Assembly: GCF_963921235.1 (NCBI RefSeq)
Contig: NC_086123.1
Coordinates: forward strand, 4,650,001 to 4,714,000
Direction: 5' to 3'
Source: Mobula hypostoma
Lineage: Eukaryota
Length of the DNA stretch: 64,000 nt
Part shown: one piece after another, positions 9,669-21,469 of the stretch
How the letters are laid out: every line of letters starts with the position of its first letter
How positions within the stretch are numbered: position 1 is the stretch's first letter
Position numbers and translations under genes: made by a program
Notes under the pieces: generated by a model
Seen by the model: only the letters and a program-made list of their open reading frames with translations
What the model was told of the DNA's origin: nothing
Databases searched by the model: none

Positions 9669-9986
9669 GTAGGACGGCCGAGGCCCCTCCCAGCGCTGGC
9701 GATGTTTACAAGCTGGCCGGTGGTAAATGACCACGCCGCCACCTCTTCCCAGGGTTGATTTTCGACAAAATCTCCCGGAAGAAAGGAATTATCGACCTGG
9801 CATCAGGACTCAAACGGCGACAATTCCTCTCCTCCCCCAAATGTTGCGAGACCGGCTGAGTTCTTGCAGTCTCCTGTGTCTTCAATGTTTGTGGAGACAG
9901 AAAGTTGTAGTTTCCAAGGACACTGCAGACACTGTATGATCTTCCCTAAGTCTCTGATGTAGCACAAAGAGAGGGCTCGCTCTCGG

Positions 9987-10158
9987 AAACGAGGGAAAAT
10001 CTGCAGATGCTGGAAATCCAAGCATCACACACAAAATGCTGGAGGAACTTAGCAGGCCAGGCAGTCCTGAGGAGGGGTCACGGCCCGAAACGTCGACTGT
10101 ACTGCTTTCCATAGATGTTGCCTGGCCTGCCGAGTTCTTCCAGCATTTTGTGTGTGTT
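9987..10158. mobile_element. Third, asymmetric fold-back Penelope terminal-repeat insertion in RNF10 intron 1
   Basis: Inverted acacacaaaatgctggaggaact / agttcttccagcattttgtgtgt arms; imperfect 12-bp TSD GCTCGCTCTCGG / GCTCGCTGTCAG. Confidence 0.8.
10062..10099 (+). ncRNA. Minimal type I hammerhead ribozyme motif on the RNF10 sense strand
   Basis: CAGTC-CTGAGGA-G GGG tcacgg CCC-GAAA-CGT-C-GACTG; 5-bp stem I, intact core, GUC triplet. Confidence 0.8.
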
Positions 10159-11592
10159 GCTCGCTGTCAGGTTGATTGAGCGTCTTGAGTAAACACCAAA
10201 CTGTGTTTGAAGAGAGTCACTCCTTTCATCTACTTCGATGGTTTATGAGTTTTACATCCACGGTTCTTATAATTTAGAATATAATACATGGCTAGTTTCT
10301 TAAGTTGTGGCAGCTTTTGTTTATGATTTTTTTTATCGTTGCATCTCATTTTGTTTTGAATGAAATGGTTTAGGTTGAATTTGTGATTTGATTTTAATTT
10401 AGGATTAGATGTTAAGTTTATAATCTGTCTTTATGTCTTGACCAGCTTTGTTTTAAGGATTGATGGTTTGTAAAGCAGATACACAGGATGTTAAGTATAA
10501 GGTTGTCATTAATCCTTTAGGAAATTGAGAAACTAGATTGGAGCATGTAAACATGAATTAGATGACTACTTGGCAGACCATCTGTATTTGCATGTTACCC
10601 TAGTCTGTCACTAATTCTCTGCAACACTTACACATTTGATCACTGCCTTTGGTCTTGTGTGTTTCATTGAAGACCAATGTAAACTCAAGAAACTGCATCT
10701 CATCTTATGACTTGGTACTTCCTCACGAGTCAACATTAAATTAACAGTGTAACATAGTATTTTTTAAATGCCCTATTCTTATCCAAGCTTTTTTTTAAAA
10801 AAACCTACAGGAACAAAACAGAAAATGCAGCAGAGATGCAACAGTTAAGCAACATCTCTGGAGACAGTTAATGTTTCAGGGTGGATACCTTTTGCCACAA
10901 CTGGGGGGGGGGGGAAGGAAACCAGTTAATTTTAAACCACAGATTGAGTGGGAGAGAGATGGTTAGAGTGAGACTAGTGTTCTAATGGGAATGTTAGAGA
11001 TAATCCAGTGAATAGTTAATGGGGGCAAAGAGAGAACCACTTCCTGAGCAGCCTCTGGAGAAGTATCACTTTCATCTCTGTCCTTCTAAGGGAAGGAATA
11101 AGTTACTTACATTTTTTCTAATCCGTACTGCAGTCAATGTTAATTCACTATATGGTTTACTCTGCATTGGAGAAGTCATTGATGTGCAGAATGCCTATGT
11201 TCAGTATGCAGTAGTGACCCAGTCCTACACTTTGATAACTCTGGTCTGTGTCCTCCTGTACTGTTATAATCGAGGGATAAACATATGCTTGAGGAACAGT
11301 GTCTCATCTCAGTGGACATGTTATAGCTTTTCACAATCGGTTTGATGACTTCGCATAATTTCTATCAGTTGTGAAGATAAGGACTGAGTTATTGCGTATT
11401 ACTGGCTCTATCTTTCAGTTAACACATGGACATGTCCTGCAGCCCTGTGTTTTACATTTACGTTCTTGTGCTTTTCCTACCTTCCTTTAATGGCTTTTGA
11501 TTGTCTTTGCAGGTAAATGCCTAACCTGTTGATTATATCACGCAACTGCAGTGTTTTCTAATTTATTACATATTTAACTTCCTAAACCTCTT

Positions 11593-11860
11593 GGGGCAGC
11601 ATGGCAGTGTAATGCTAGCTGTAAGATCGGGATCAATTCCCACCGGTGTCTGTAAGGAGTTTCTGTGTTCTCTCTGACTGCATGGGTTTCCTCTGGGTAC
11701 CTCGGTTTCCTCCCACGTTCAAAAGGTGTACCGGTTAGACTTAATAAGTTGTGGGCATGTCCTGTTGGTGCTGGAAGCATGACCTTGTTTGTGGGCTGCC
11801 CAGCACGATCCTCACTGATTTGATTTGAAACAGAACGCATTTCACTATGTTTTCATGTGA
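11593..11860 (+). mobile_element. tRNA-derived V-SINE-type element
   Basis: Degenerate A/B-box head and V-domain-like GGGTTTCCTCTGGGTACCTCGGTTTCCTCCCAC; a sister copy lies at about 60760-61070. Confidence 0.75.
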
Positions 11861-12741
11861 AAAATATTTTTGGTCATCTCTTGTTTGAATCTCATGTAGT
11901 CATAATTCTGGAGCCTTCTCCACCCTAGTACTACCACCATTTGCTATTTTCTTTTTGTCCACCTTTTCACAAACGCCCCTCTTCTCTCTGTGTTTTAAAG
12001 CTCATTTTAATTTCTAACTTGTCCCAAGACTGATGAAAAATCATTGACTTGCAAAGTTAACCTCGTCTTTGCAGATGCAGCCTAATCTCCTGAGCATTTT
12101 CAGCAAAATACATAGAGGTTTATTCTGTGTATGTATTATGTCTATGTTCAAAGTGTATGCTTGCAAAGATACTTTGTGCAGAATGCATGACTGCTTTGTG
12201 GAATATTGCTGCGCTGACTAAGTATGATCTGAAGCTTCTGGTCACCTGGTTCTCTACCCCACTTTGACAGTTTTTATGCTTCCAACACTAATAATGATCA
12301 ATAAAAACATGATGAGCCATTTTTTGACAAGGCAATTTGCAGCCTTTTGGATTCAACAATGATAATTCAATAATGACTTCAAAGTATTTTACTGCCACTT
12401 ACACAATCATTAGTTCATCTTTTTGTCCTCTTTTTGTCTTGCGCCATCATCCCTTTGGTCATGTAACATCCTGCCTTGTACTTTGACACAGGATGTTGAA
12501 CAGTTCAGCACTGGAACAGACCCTTCAACTCTCAATGTGCGTGCTAACCCAAACCCTGCAGCTTGAGTGGAACAGCTAATTCTATAATCAGGCAACTGCA
12601 GAGGAATGGAGAGCAGCTGGCTAAAGTTGATTGGAAGGGGACCTTAGTAGGGATGATGATAGAGTAGCTAGCAGTGGTTGGAGTTTCTGGGCGTAATGTG
12701 GAAGATGTGGGGTAGGTTTATTCCAAAGAACACGCATTTTA

Positions 12742-13217
12742 CGAGGGGTAATTGATAAGTTCATGGCCTAAGGTAGAAGCAGTCAATTTTAGAAAACCTA
12801 GCACATTTATTTTTTCTACATTTACACACTAGTCTAGCTGTCATGGAGCATACGGATCCCTTCTTTGTAGAAGTCGGCGTCTTGGACCTCCAGAAAGCGG
12901 TCCACAGCAGGGATAAGTTCGTGGCCTAAGGTAGAAGGAGATGAGGAGAAACTTCAAACTTTCTGCATTTCCACTCAGAGTTGAACTGCACGTGCATCTA
13001 ATGAGAGCTGTATAACTCCTTTCCTTCTACCTTAGGCCATGAACTTATCAATCACCCCTGCTGTGGACCACTTCTACAAAGAAGGGATCCATATGCTCCA
13101 CGACCGCTGGACTAAGTGTGTACATGTAGGAGGGGACTATGTTGAAAAATAAATGTGCCATGTTTTCTAAAATTGATGCCTCCTACCCTAGGCCACAAAC
13201 TTATCAATCACCCCTTG
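12742..13217. mobile_element. Non-autonomous mariner fold-back element with TA TSD, inserted in a CR1 fragment
   Basis: TA|CGAGGGGTAATTGATAAGTTCATGGCCTAAGGTAG ... CTACCCTAGGCCACAAACTTATCAATCACCCCTTG|TA; mariner C-terminus HFYKEGIHMLHDRWTKCVHVGGDYVEK* at 13069-13152. Confidence 0.9.
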
Positions 13218-13964
13218 TAGAGGAAGGGTGAGGCAACTGCGGTTGATGAGGGAAGTCAAAGAGGGCATACAACATCGTAAAAATTAGCAGGAAGCTCGAA
13301 GATTGGGAAGCTTTATTTAAACTAAAAAAAAACTGGTTTTGTGGCTAAGTTTGTAGATGCATACAAGGATAGATCAAGGATCACCTTTATTCGCTATATA
13401 CATTTACGTTATTAGGAATTTGAGTTGGTATGACATGCAATAAAAAACAATAATCCACAATGATAAAGAATCATTTAAGAAGCACAGAAATGGAATGAAA
13501 TGTCCATAAAACGGTATGTATTTACAGTGTAAACAGCATTATAAAAAGTGGTTTAAAGTATTCACAGTGCAGTGTAATGACAGAGGTAATAGAGGGGTGG
13601 GTTGGAACGGCTGATCACAGTAACTACGTGGGGGAAAACTTTTAAGATGGCATGAAGTTTTTTTTAATAGCCCTATAGCACGTTCCAGAAGGGAGCTTTT
13701 GGAAAGGGCAGTTTGCTGGGTGGGCAGGGCCAGATATTGTTCAGGAAATAGGGAGTTTGCAGAAAGACTTGAACAGGTTAGGAGAAAAAGTGATGGGGAC
13801 AGATGAAATACAGTGCCAGGAAGTGTATGGTGATGCCCTTTGGTAGAAGGAATAAAGGCAGAGACTATTTTCATATGAGTAGTGCTTGATGGCTCAGGGC
13901 TTGTACTCACTCGGCTCTCTCTCCTTCCTGTACTCCTGTTCATCATTATTTAAGATTTGGTTCA

Positions 13965-14320
13965 TTACAGTGGTGTCATCTGCAAACTTCTAAAGTTAGA
14001 AGCTACAACAGAGTTTGGCTTACAGTCATGAGTGTATGTGGAGTAGAGCAGGGGTCTCTGGGTGCAACATTGTGGGCCTCCTGTGCTGAGGAAAATTATA
14101 GTGGAAGTATTTCTGTCTGTTCTTGCTGATTGTAGTCTGTTGGCCAGAAATTCAAGGATCAAGCTAAAGAGGGAGGAGTTGAGTGCCAGTCTGGAGATGT
14201 ATACTTGGAAATATTGTATTGAAGGAGGAACTGTAATCAGTGAACAATAATCTGATGTCATTGTCTTTACTTTATGTTCCAGAGATGAGTATAGAGCTAC
14301 GGAAATGGTATCTACCACGG
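13965..14320 (-). mobile_element. Rex1/Babar LINE RT fragment
   Basis: Minus-strand ...LSTGGPQCCTQRPLLYSTYTHDC... (RT motif B region). Confidence 0.75.
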
Positions 14321-15980
14321 TGCTGTTACATCGGCTCGATCCTTGCTTGTGGACCTAGGCCCCACCACCTCAATTCGGCCCATACCTGCCCTTTCCAATC
14401 TTACCCAGGTGCTTAAATCTGCCAAACATTGGCTCGATCCCCTCTCTTGGGCCTGGGCCCTGTTGCCCCAGCTCTGCCTCGCCTCGGATCTGGTACTTTG
14501 AATCAGCTTCAAGTCCTCTCCAGCAATGGCCAACATTGGCTCGTTCCTCGCCACCTTGATTTGGCCTGTACACACCATGCTGCAACTGTCTTCAAGTCTT
14601 TAAAAAGTTCACACTGCAAAAATGCCAAATTGTACAGGTGGTTCAAAAACTGCTACTCCAAAAGGGAAGTTGCAAGCTATTGATTGCAGTGATCGTTGCC
14701 CAGAAAATGTGTGATCAATAGTGGTTAGAGGTTTTGTTTGCTGCCTGCAAGGCATCGTTGTGTTTCACCAGGAGCATCTTAAACCAGAAGTTGATTTATT
14801 ATTGTGTTCTCATTGTCCAGAAGATTCTTCAAGAATGAACACTAAGCATTTTCAGGGTTCTGTTAAGCCAGGCATTGTTGGCTCCCTCCTTTCACTGGCC
14901 CGATCAAAATGAAGTACTATATGCTGTTTCCTAATCAGTTGGGACTTTTCAGGAATCCCGATGGTGAAATTAATGAACAATGTGTCTACTGTTTTTACAG
15001 CTGCTCCTTTGAATAGCAGTCAGATATGGATTTTTCAGACTTTTTTCTGCTGCAGTTCCTCTTTCACGCTCTTGGTAAATTTTTATCTTCTGTCAAAATG
15101 CTTATCATTTCCTTTTTCCTCAAGTTTTAAGTTCCCTGTGTTTTCTGAAATATTTGGAAATTCTTCAAACTGATTTCCCATTTCTTGCTCTCCTATATTG
15201 TCCATCATTTAAATTTTTAGTTATCTTTTGGCGGGGGCGGGGGGGGTTCCTAAAATTCTCCCAATTCAGACCTACAAATATCCCTCATTTCCACACACTC
15301 TCCATCCTGTGTCCCACAAGAGGTCCAGTGTTACTGATGGTAACTTGCATATTACAGTTCTGATTGCATGCCTACCCCAACTCCTCGCTGTGTGCAAGAA
15401 ACCATGCACAGGCAATGCGAATTCAGTGAAACTGCTGTTCAGCTCACTATATTAAAATAACATTAAATGCGAAGTACATATTTCCTCTTTTTCACAAAAC
15501 CTATTTGGAAACCTCTTTGACTGTAGAAATCCAATTCCTGTAATACTCTTAATTGTTTAAATGTCTGTACATCTTGGCAGGTAGGCCTGATAGTGATATC
15601 AGCTCTTTGACTGTTTGTTCTGATTTTAGAAACTGTTCCCTTTGCTAGCTTTGTAATGAAACATCAAGTGCCTTGATATTTGCTGCAGGTCATGATGATT
15701 TATTGTTTTTTGAAAATGGTTCAGCCATATGAATGAACTTTACTCTTTGAAAGATGCTGCGGGATGGGCATGTTTTATCACTTTTTGTGGGAATTCTTAA
15801 TGGGAATACAGTTGATGCAGTAATTATATGGAAGATTTGGACATTTAGGTGGTTTATGATCATTTTTCAATGCCACCAGAAGCCTCTTGAGTGACTTACA
15901 AGATCCTTGGATTTCTTATTCAAGTTGTAGGTTCTATCCATGAGGATAAAAAAATGAATAATTTTTAAAAACTTTTTCAG

Positions 15981-16171
15981 ATGGTAAATCTGGAAATGGA
16001 TCAAAACGCTACAACAGAAAACGAGACCCATCTTTTCCCAAGAATGAAAATGTTTCCAACCAGACCCGCCGCTCCTTTCCACAGAAAAGCAAAGCTTTTG
16101 ACAAGAGACCCCCTGCACGTGGTGCCAACAAATCCTTTAGCACTTCTGGTAATGGTGGTCGACGGGAGGAG
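15981..16171 (+). CDS. RNF10: RNF10 exon 2
   Basis: [23 protein letters not shown]...NGGRREE; ttttcag acceptor, GTGAGA donor. Confidence 0.96.
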
Positions 16172-16739
16172 GTGAGATTGAATGCTCTCACTTAAATTTC
16201 TTTAATAGTAATGATGCATGATGCAGTGCAGAGAGTAGTTATTGTTTCTGAGATTATTAGCAGAACAAAATTTTAACTGCCTTTTATGTTGGCATTTTAC
16301 CCTAATCCCAGAGTGCAGGATGCATTGGAGCACCTACTGCACTCGGACAGTGTTTCCCCTTAACAGGTGTATGGTTATCAATCTGTATAGGCTAATGGTT
16401 TTTAATTTTTATTCTGCTGTATGGAGGTGTTATCATTTATACTTGTGCTTGGGGTTTGTAAACATTTGATGCAGTATTCTTTAATTACATATTGTTCACT
16501 TGCACAGTTCTTAGATGAAGATTTGGGTGGACTCTTGTGAGCTGGCCCAGAGTGCCAAGTACACTCATCACCAGCATTGTCATTGTGTGTTCTGTGGCCC
16601 CCGTACACGACTGGTGAATTATACACAACACTTCAGGGTTCTTGCCCACTCCAGTTAATGGGTGCACAATACGTTAAAAAGTGGAGGGGAGAGAACAATT
16701 TATTGGAAATGAATGGACTTTCCCCCCTTCTATCTGCAG

Positions 16740-16948
16740 GTAGCAGAGGTGCGAAGGGCAGAGTTCAGCCCTGCCCAGTTTACTGGTCCCAAGAAGATAA
16801 GCCTAAACCACTTGTTAAATTTTACTTTTGAACCTCGTGGACAGTCGGGCTCACTATGTGATGGTGGTTCTTATGGACGCTGGGGTAAAAGAAACAAATG
16901 GAGACTGAAGCATAAGCCATTCAACAAGGAGCAGTTTCTCCAGGCCAA
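16740..16948 (+). CDS. RNF10: RNF10 exon 3
   Basis: [34 protein letters not shown]...[12 protein letters not shown]; canonical splice sites. Confidence 0.97.
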
Positions 16949-17754
16949 GTAAGTAGAGCAACATTAATTCGGTGACTTCTGTTTGTTCACTTTGATTTTA
17001 GTATTATTGTACAGATACCCGATTGATTAATTTTCATGTTATTTAGTCAAAATGTGAACATGGCTCTTTATTCTGAACAGTTTTAAATGCTGGAATTTGT
17101 TCCTCAGTTGTGCCAACAATTGAAAGCCATTTCTTATAGTTGGCACTAAAGTTATTAATTTAAATTTAGTATATTAAAGCTCCATATATTCATTGACTGA
17201 CATGGTACACTTTGAAGCAATAACATTTCATTTTCCCTACCGGCTTATTCTGACTGAAGGTAAGAAGCGTTGAATTTTTCTGATGTTTACAAAGGTGCCT
17301 ACCTTATTCTAAGGGGTACTGATAAGTAGAATTGGAAAGTATGCTTATTTTCTAACCATTTTGTGTGGCTAACTGTTATGGATTGGGATTGCCATAGTTC
17401 AGGTAGGAAGGAAGGTGTAAAATGCATTCAAGAGGATTTTCAGTATGTTGTGTGTCCCACTAGGATGTACTTTTCCCCCTGTCATCTTGGGAACAGATCA
17501 GTGGTCATAAAAAGAGTTGGTCCTCAAGTTAGGGCCCTTAAACTAGGGAAATGTGGATCTTGGTGTAAGACAGGATCTGGGAGTGTTGGATTGGGAGTAG
17601 ATGATGGAAGGGAAAATAAGTTGATAAGTGTGAGATAGTAGGGGTTCAGAGTCATTGTGAACCTTGGTTAATGAAGAATGTCACAGGTTTTATCTAAGGA
17701 AAAGAAGTTATGTAAGGTATAGGAAATAAGTCAGTTGAGGTTATAGGAGATAGA

Positions 17755-19279
17755 CAGTACCTTGAAAAACTATTCAGTCCCCAACCCTTTGTTCACATAA
17801 ATGAGTATTACAACCAGGGTTTTGATCAATTTAACTGAGAATTTTTATTTGTGAAATCACATTGTTTTTTCACGGTAGAGCCCAAAAAAACAAGGTAAAA
17901 TAATGCATGAAAAGTTCTTTAAAAATCTTAGAAAACTAAAAAATAGAAAAATGGAAATATTAGTATTTCAAAAGTATTCATTCCTTAGTTGAACCATTCC
18001 TTGCTGCTGTTAAAGCCAGTAGTCTTTTTGGATAAGTCTCTTATTAGCTTTGCACAATGTGATGGATCAGGATTTGCCCATTCCTCCTTGTAAAATTGCT
18101 CAAGCTGTGCCAGGTTAGTTGGGGAGTGGCAGTGGAGGTCTTGCTGGAGATTTTTGATCTGGTTAAGGTCAGGACCCTTGACTGGGCTACCCAAGGACAT
18201 CAATTTTCTTCATTTAAAGCCACTCTGGTTGTTTTGGCAATGTTCTTTGGGTTTCCTTTTGAAGGATGAACCCCAGTTTAAGCTTACTGGTAGAGACAAG
18301 CAGGGTTTTATCCAGGATCTCTCTGTATTTAGCAGCATTCAGCTTCCTATCAATCCTGAGCAGATATTCGGTCCCTGCTTCTGGAAAGCATCCCATAGCA
18401 TGATGCTACCTCCATCGTACTTTACAGTAGGGATGGTGCTACCTGGTTGAGCAGTATTAGACTTACACCACTTAGTGTAGAGGCCAAATAGTTCAACTTT
18501 AGTCCCATCCTTCTTCCACATCTTTACGTAATTTTGTAAGTGATGCTTTGCAAAGTCTTTACAGGCTTTTTAAAAAAAATCTAGGTTGTCTTTACCACTG
18601 TTACATAAATACTCCTTTTGTGCAAGGCTTAGAAATTGTGGAGCCATGAACTTCATCTCCAGTTATAGCCATTGACCTCTGCAGCTCACTCAGAGTGACT
18701 GTTGGCATTACAGTAGCCTCTCTTACAAGTGCTATTCTTTAGTGACTAGAGGGGCCGAGTTTCATATCTTTTCCACTTTTTCATGATGGACTGCACAGAG
18801 CTCTGAGACGTATTCAATGCCTTTTGAGATGGTCTTGTATCCTTCCCCAGATTTGTGCTTCTTTATTATAATTTCTCTTATTTGGCTTGAATGCTCTTTT
18901 CTCTTCATTTTGGTTTAGTCTGTTGAAAGCCTACTATACTGTTGGACCTTGTATAGAGAGAGGGGGGGTATTATGAATTCATTGGAAACAAGTGATCCTC
19001 CAATTTTCTAAATCAACAAATTGGCTGAGTTGGTAAGGTGTTAAGTATATTGCACCTGAGGAAAGTTAGTGTAGTAATTACAAAGTGGATGAATGCTCTT
19101 TCAGCCTCACAACTTTTGTTTTTTAATTTTTAGTAAATTGTTGACAGGTTTTGGAAAATTTCTTATGATGCACAATGTTTAGATTTGCTCAAAAATCCTA
19201 CTTCAATATTTTAAATTTAGAAAATGACACAGTAAAATGTGAAAATAGTTGTGGGGCTGAGTACTTTTTCAAGGCACTG
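17755..19279 (-). mobile_element. Degraded Tc1-like DNA transposon nested in a CR1 LINE
   Basis: TIRs CAGTACCTTGAAAAACTATTCAGTCCCCAAC / GTTGTGGGGCTGAGTACTTTTTCAAGGCACTG|TA; minus-strand transposase motifs DGTKVELFG, TVKYDGGSIMLW, GPDLNQIKNL, broken by frameshifts. Confidence 0.9.
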
Positions 19280-19281
19280 TA

Positions 19282-20960
19282 GATGAAATCTTGAGAAAGA
19301 AATTGGAGAACAAAATGGACCATGAAATGACCTTGACACGTAGGATTAAAGAGAATCCTAAAATCTTTTAAGTATATTAGAAGCAAGGGGATAACTAAGG
19401 AAAGAACAGTTTCCCTCCAAGACCAGAGGGGTAATATACTCATGAAACCAGGGGCTATGAGCAAGATCCTAAATGAATACTTCTCATCCGTATCCAGCAG
19501 GGAGAAGAATGTGAAGACGAGAAAGTTGAGGGAAGGTTTTGCTTATATTTGGGTGCATATCTCTATCAGGCAGGAGGAAGTACTGGAAATACTGGAGTGC
19601 ATTAGGTTGGATAAATCCCCAGGCTCAGAGAATTTATTTCACCTTAAAGTGGGGAGCAAGGGTGGAGATTGCTGGGACTCTTGACAAGTTTTTGTATTGT
19701 TGTAACCACAGTTGATGTATCAGGAGATTGGAGTACAGGTAGTATTGTCCCAATTAAATTACAGCCCAGTAAACTTTGTATTAGTGGTTGGGGTAGTTTT
19801 GGGAGCAGATTGAGGGACAAGATTATCAATTTGAGAATGTGGGAACTGATTATCATCAGTATGATTTCAGGCAGGAGATAACATCTTCAAATTTTTTTTT
19901 GAGAAGGTAACTAAGAGAATTTATAAAGGCAGAGTAGTGGATTTGGTTACATGACCTTGTTAAAGGCTTTTGACAAAGTTTCATATGGCAGATGATCAAG
20001 ACACAAGGGATCAGGTGTGTTGGAAAAACTGGATCCAGGATTGGATTGGTGATGGGAGGTAGAGGTTTATGTGGATGGGTATTTCTTTGATTGGGTCTGA
20101 AACCTCTGAAATAAATGTAAATCACTTGGATGAGAAGGGTTGGAACCTGATTAGTAAGTTTGCAGATACTGCAAAAGTTAGTGGGCTGTAGACAGTGAAG
20201 AAGGTTGCCAGGGATACAGTGGGATGTAGGTCAGCTCAAAGATTAGGTGGAATTTAATCTATCATATGTGAGGTAATGCACTTTGGAAAGCCATTCTTGT
20301 AGGTGATATAGATTCAATGGCAGGGATCTTTTAGGAGTGTCAATGTACTGAGAGATCTTGAGGTACAAGTCCACAGCTCCATGAAAATAACAACACAAGT
20401 GGAGAGGGTGGTCTGCTTGCCTTCATAGGATTAGACTATAACATGGCATTTGGGCAAAGCAATGGCTGGACTACCTTTGTCGTATTATGTACAATTTGGG
20501 TTGCCTCACTCCAGGAAGGATGTGGTAGTATTAGAGTGCAGAATAGGCTCACCAGGCTCTTCCCTGGAATTAGTGGGGGTGGTGGTGGTGGTGGTCTGTA
20601 GCCACAAGGTGAGGTTTTTAGAGGTTTCTAACATTGAAAGGTTGAGATATGCTAGATGGCCAGAATTTTTACTGGGGAGGAGAGTCTACAGCTAGCTGGA
20701 ACAAGTTTCGGGTGAGAGGAGAAATATCCCTCAGATCTCCTTTTTAAGTAGGTTTTATTTTCCTCCACACAGATGGTGGTTAATATCTAGAACAAGCTGT
20801 CAGAAGGGATGGTAGAAGGGGATGGAATTACAGATATTTGGATAGGAAAGGCATAGAGGGAAACGGGGCTAATGTGGGCAGTGTGATTAATGTTGATTGG
20901 TATCAGCATTGGCATGGATGATGGCAGAAAGGGCTCGTTTGTGCTGCAGAATTCTCATTC
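19282..20960 (+). mobile_element. Degraded CR1-type LINE ORF2 (continues from about 17360-17750)
   Basis: ILNEYFSSV...LDKSPG; KFADT-like RT motif; CR1-like 3' end. Confidence 0.75.
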
Positions 20961-21214
20961 AATGAATGTTTGCTGGATATTTGTTAAGAGTTTTTTTTGG
21001 TAAGTATCTGGTGCAGAATTAATTAAGGCAAATTAGATGAATATCTGTACTGCTCAAATTATTGTTACTTGTATTTTTGATCTGATAGGGTGTTTGTATT
21101 TGGCACAGAAGACAGCAGGGACTAAAGAACAGTAAAAGGATTGCAAATGTTAAATATCTGTTCTAAAGTTTAATTTAAGTTTTGTTGGCTAACTGCCCAT
21201 CTTTTCTATTGAAG

Positions 21215-21305
21215 CTGTCAGTTTGTGGTTTCTGAAGAGCAGGACTACAGTATTCACTTAGCTGACCCAGATACGTTGGTGAACTGGGACTTTGTACAAC
21301 AGGTG
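21215..21305 (+). CDS. RNF10: RNF10 exon 4
   Basis: (N)[30 protein letters not shown]; GTAAGT donor. Confidence 0.97.
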
Positions 21306-21469
21306 GTAAGTATTTTTGTATCTGGGATGATAAAGATGATTTGTTCTGTTCATTCCTTGAAGGATTGCAAAACAAATATTGGATCTACCCCAGAAAACAT
21401 CTAATTTCAGTCAAAATCTTTTGAAACTTTAGGATGCTTTAGATATTTAGGATGTTTGTTTGAGATGTT

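Noticed and set aside
11490-11520. Recursive-splice-like CAG|GTAAAT in RNF10 intron 1
   Set aside because: It lies in what looks like a decayed Penelope-type terminus, and the intron is only about 6 kb; likely chance
16203-16260. Possible C/D-box snoRNA in RNF10 intron 2 (ATGATG...CTGA with a weak terminal stem)
   Set aside because: The C box is imperfect (ATGATGC) and the C-to-D span is only about 40 nt, which is too short
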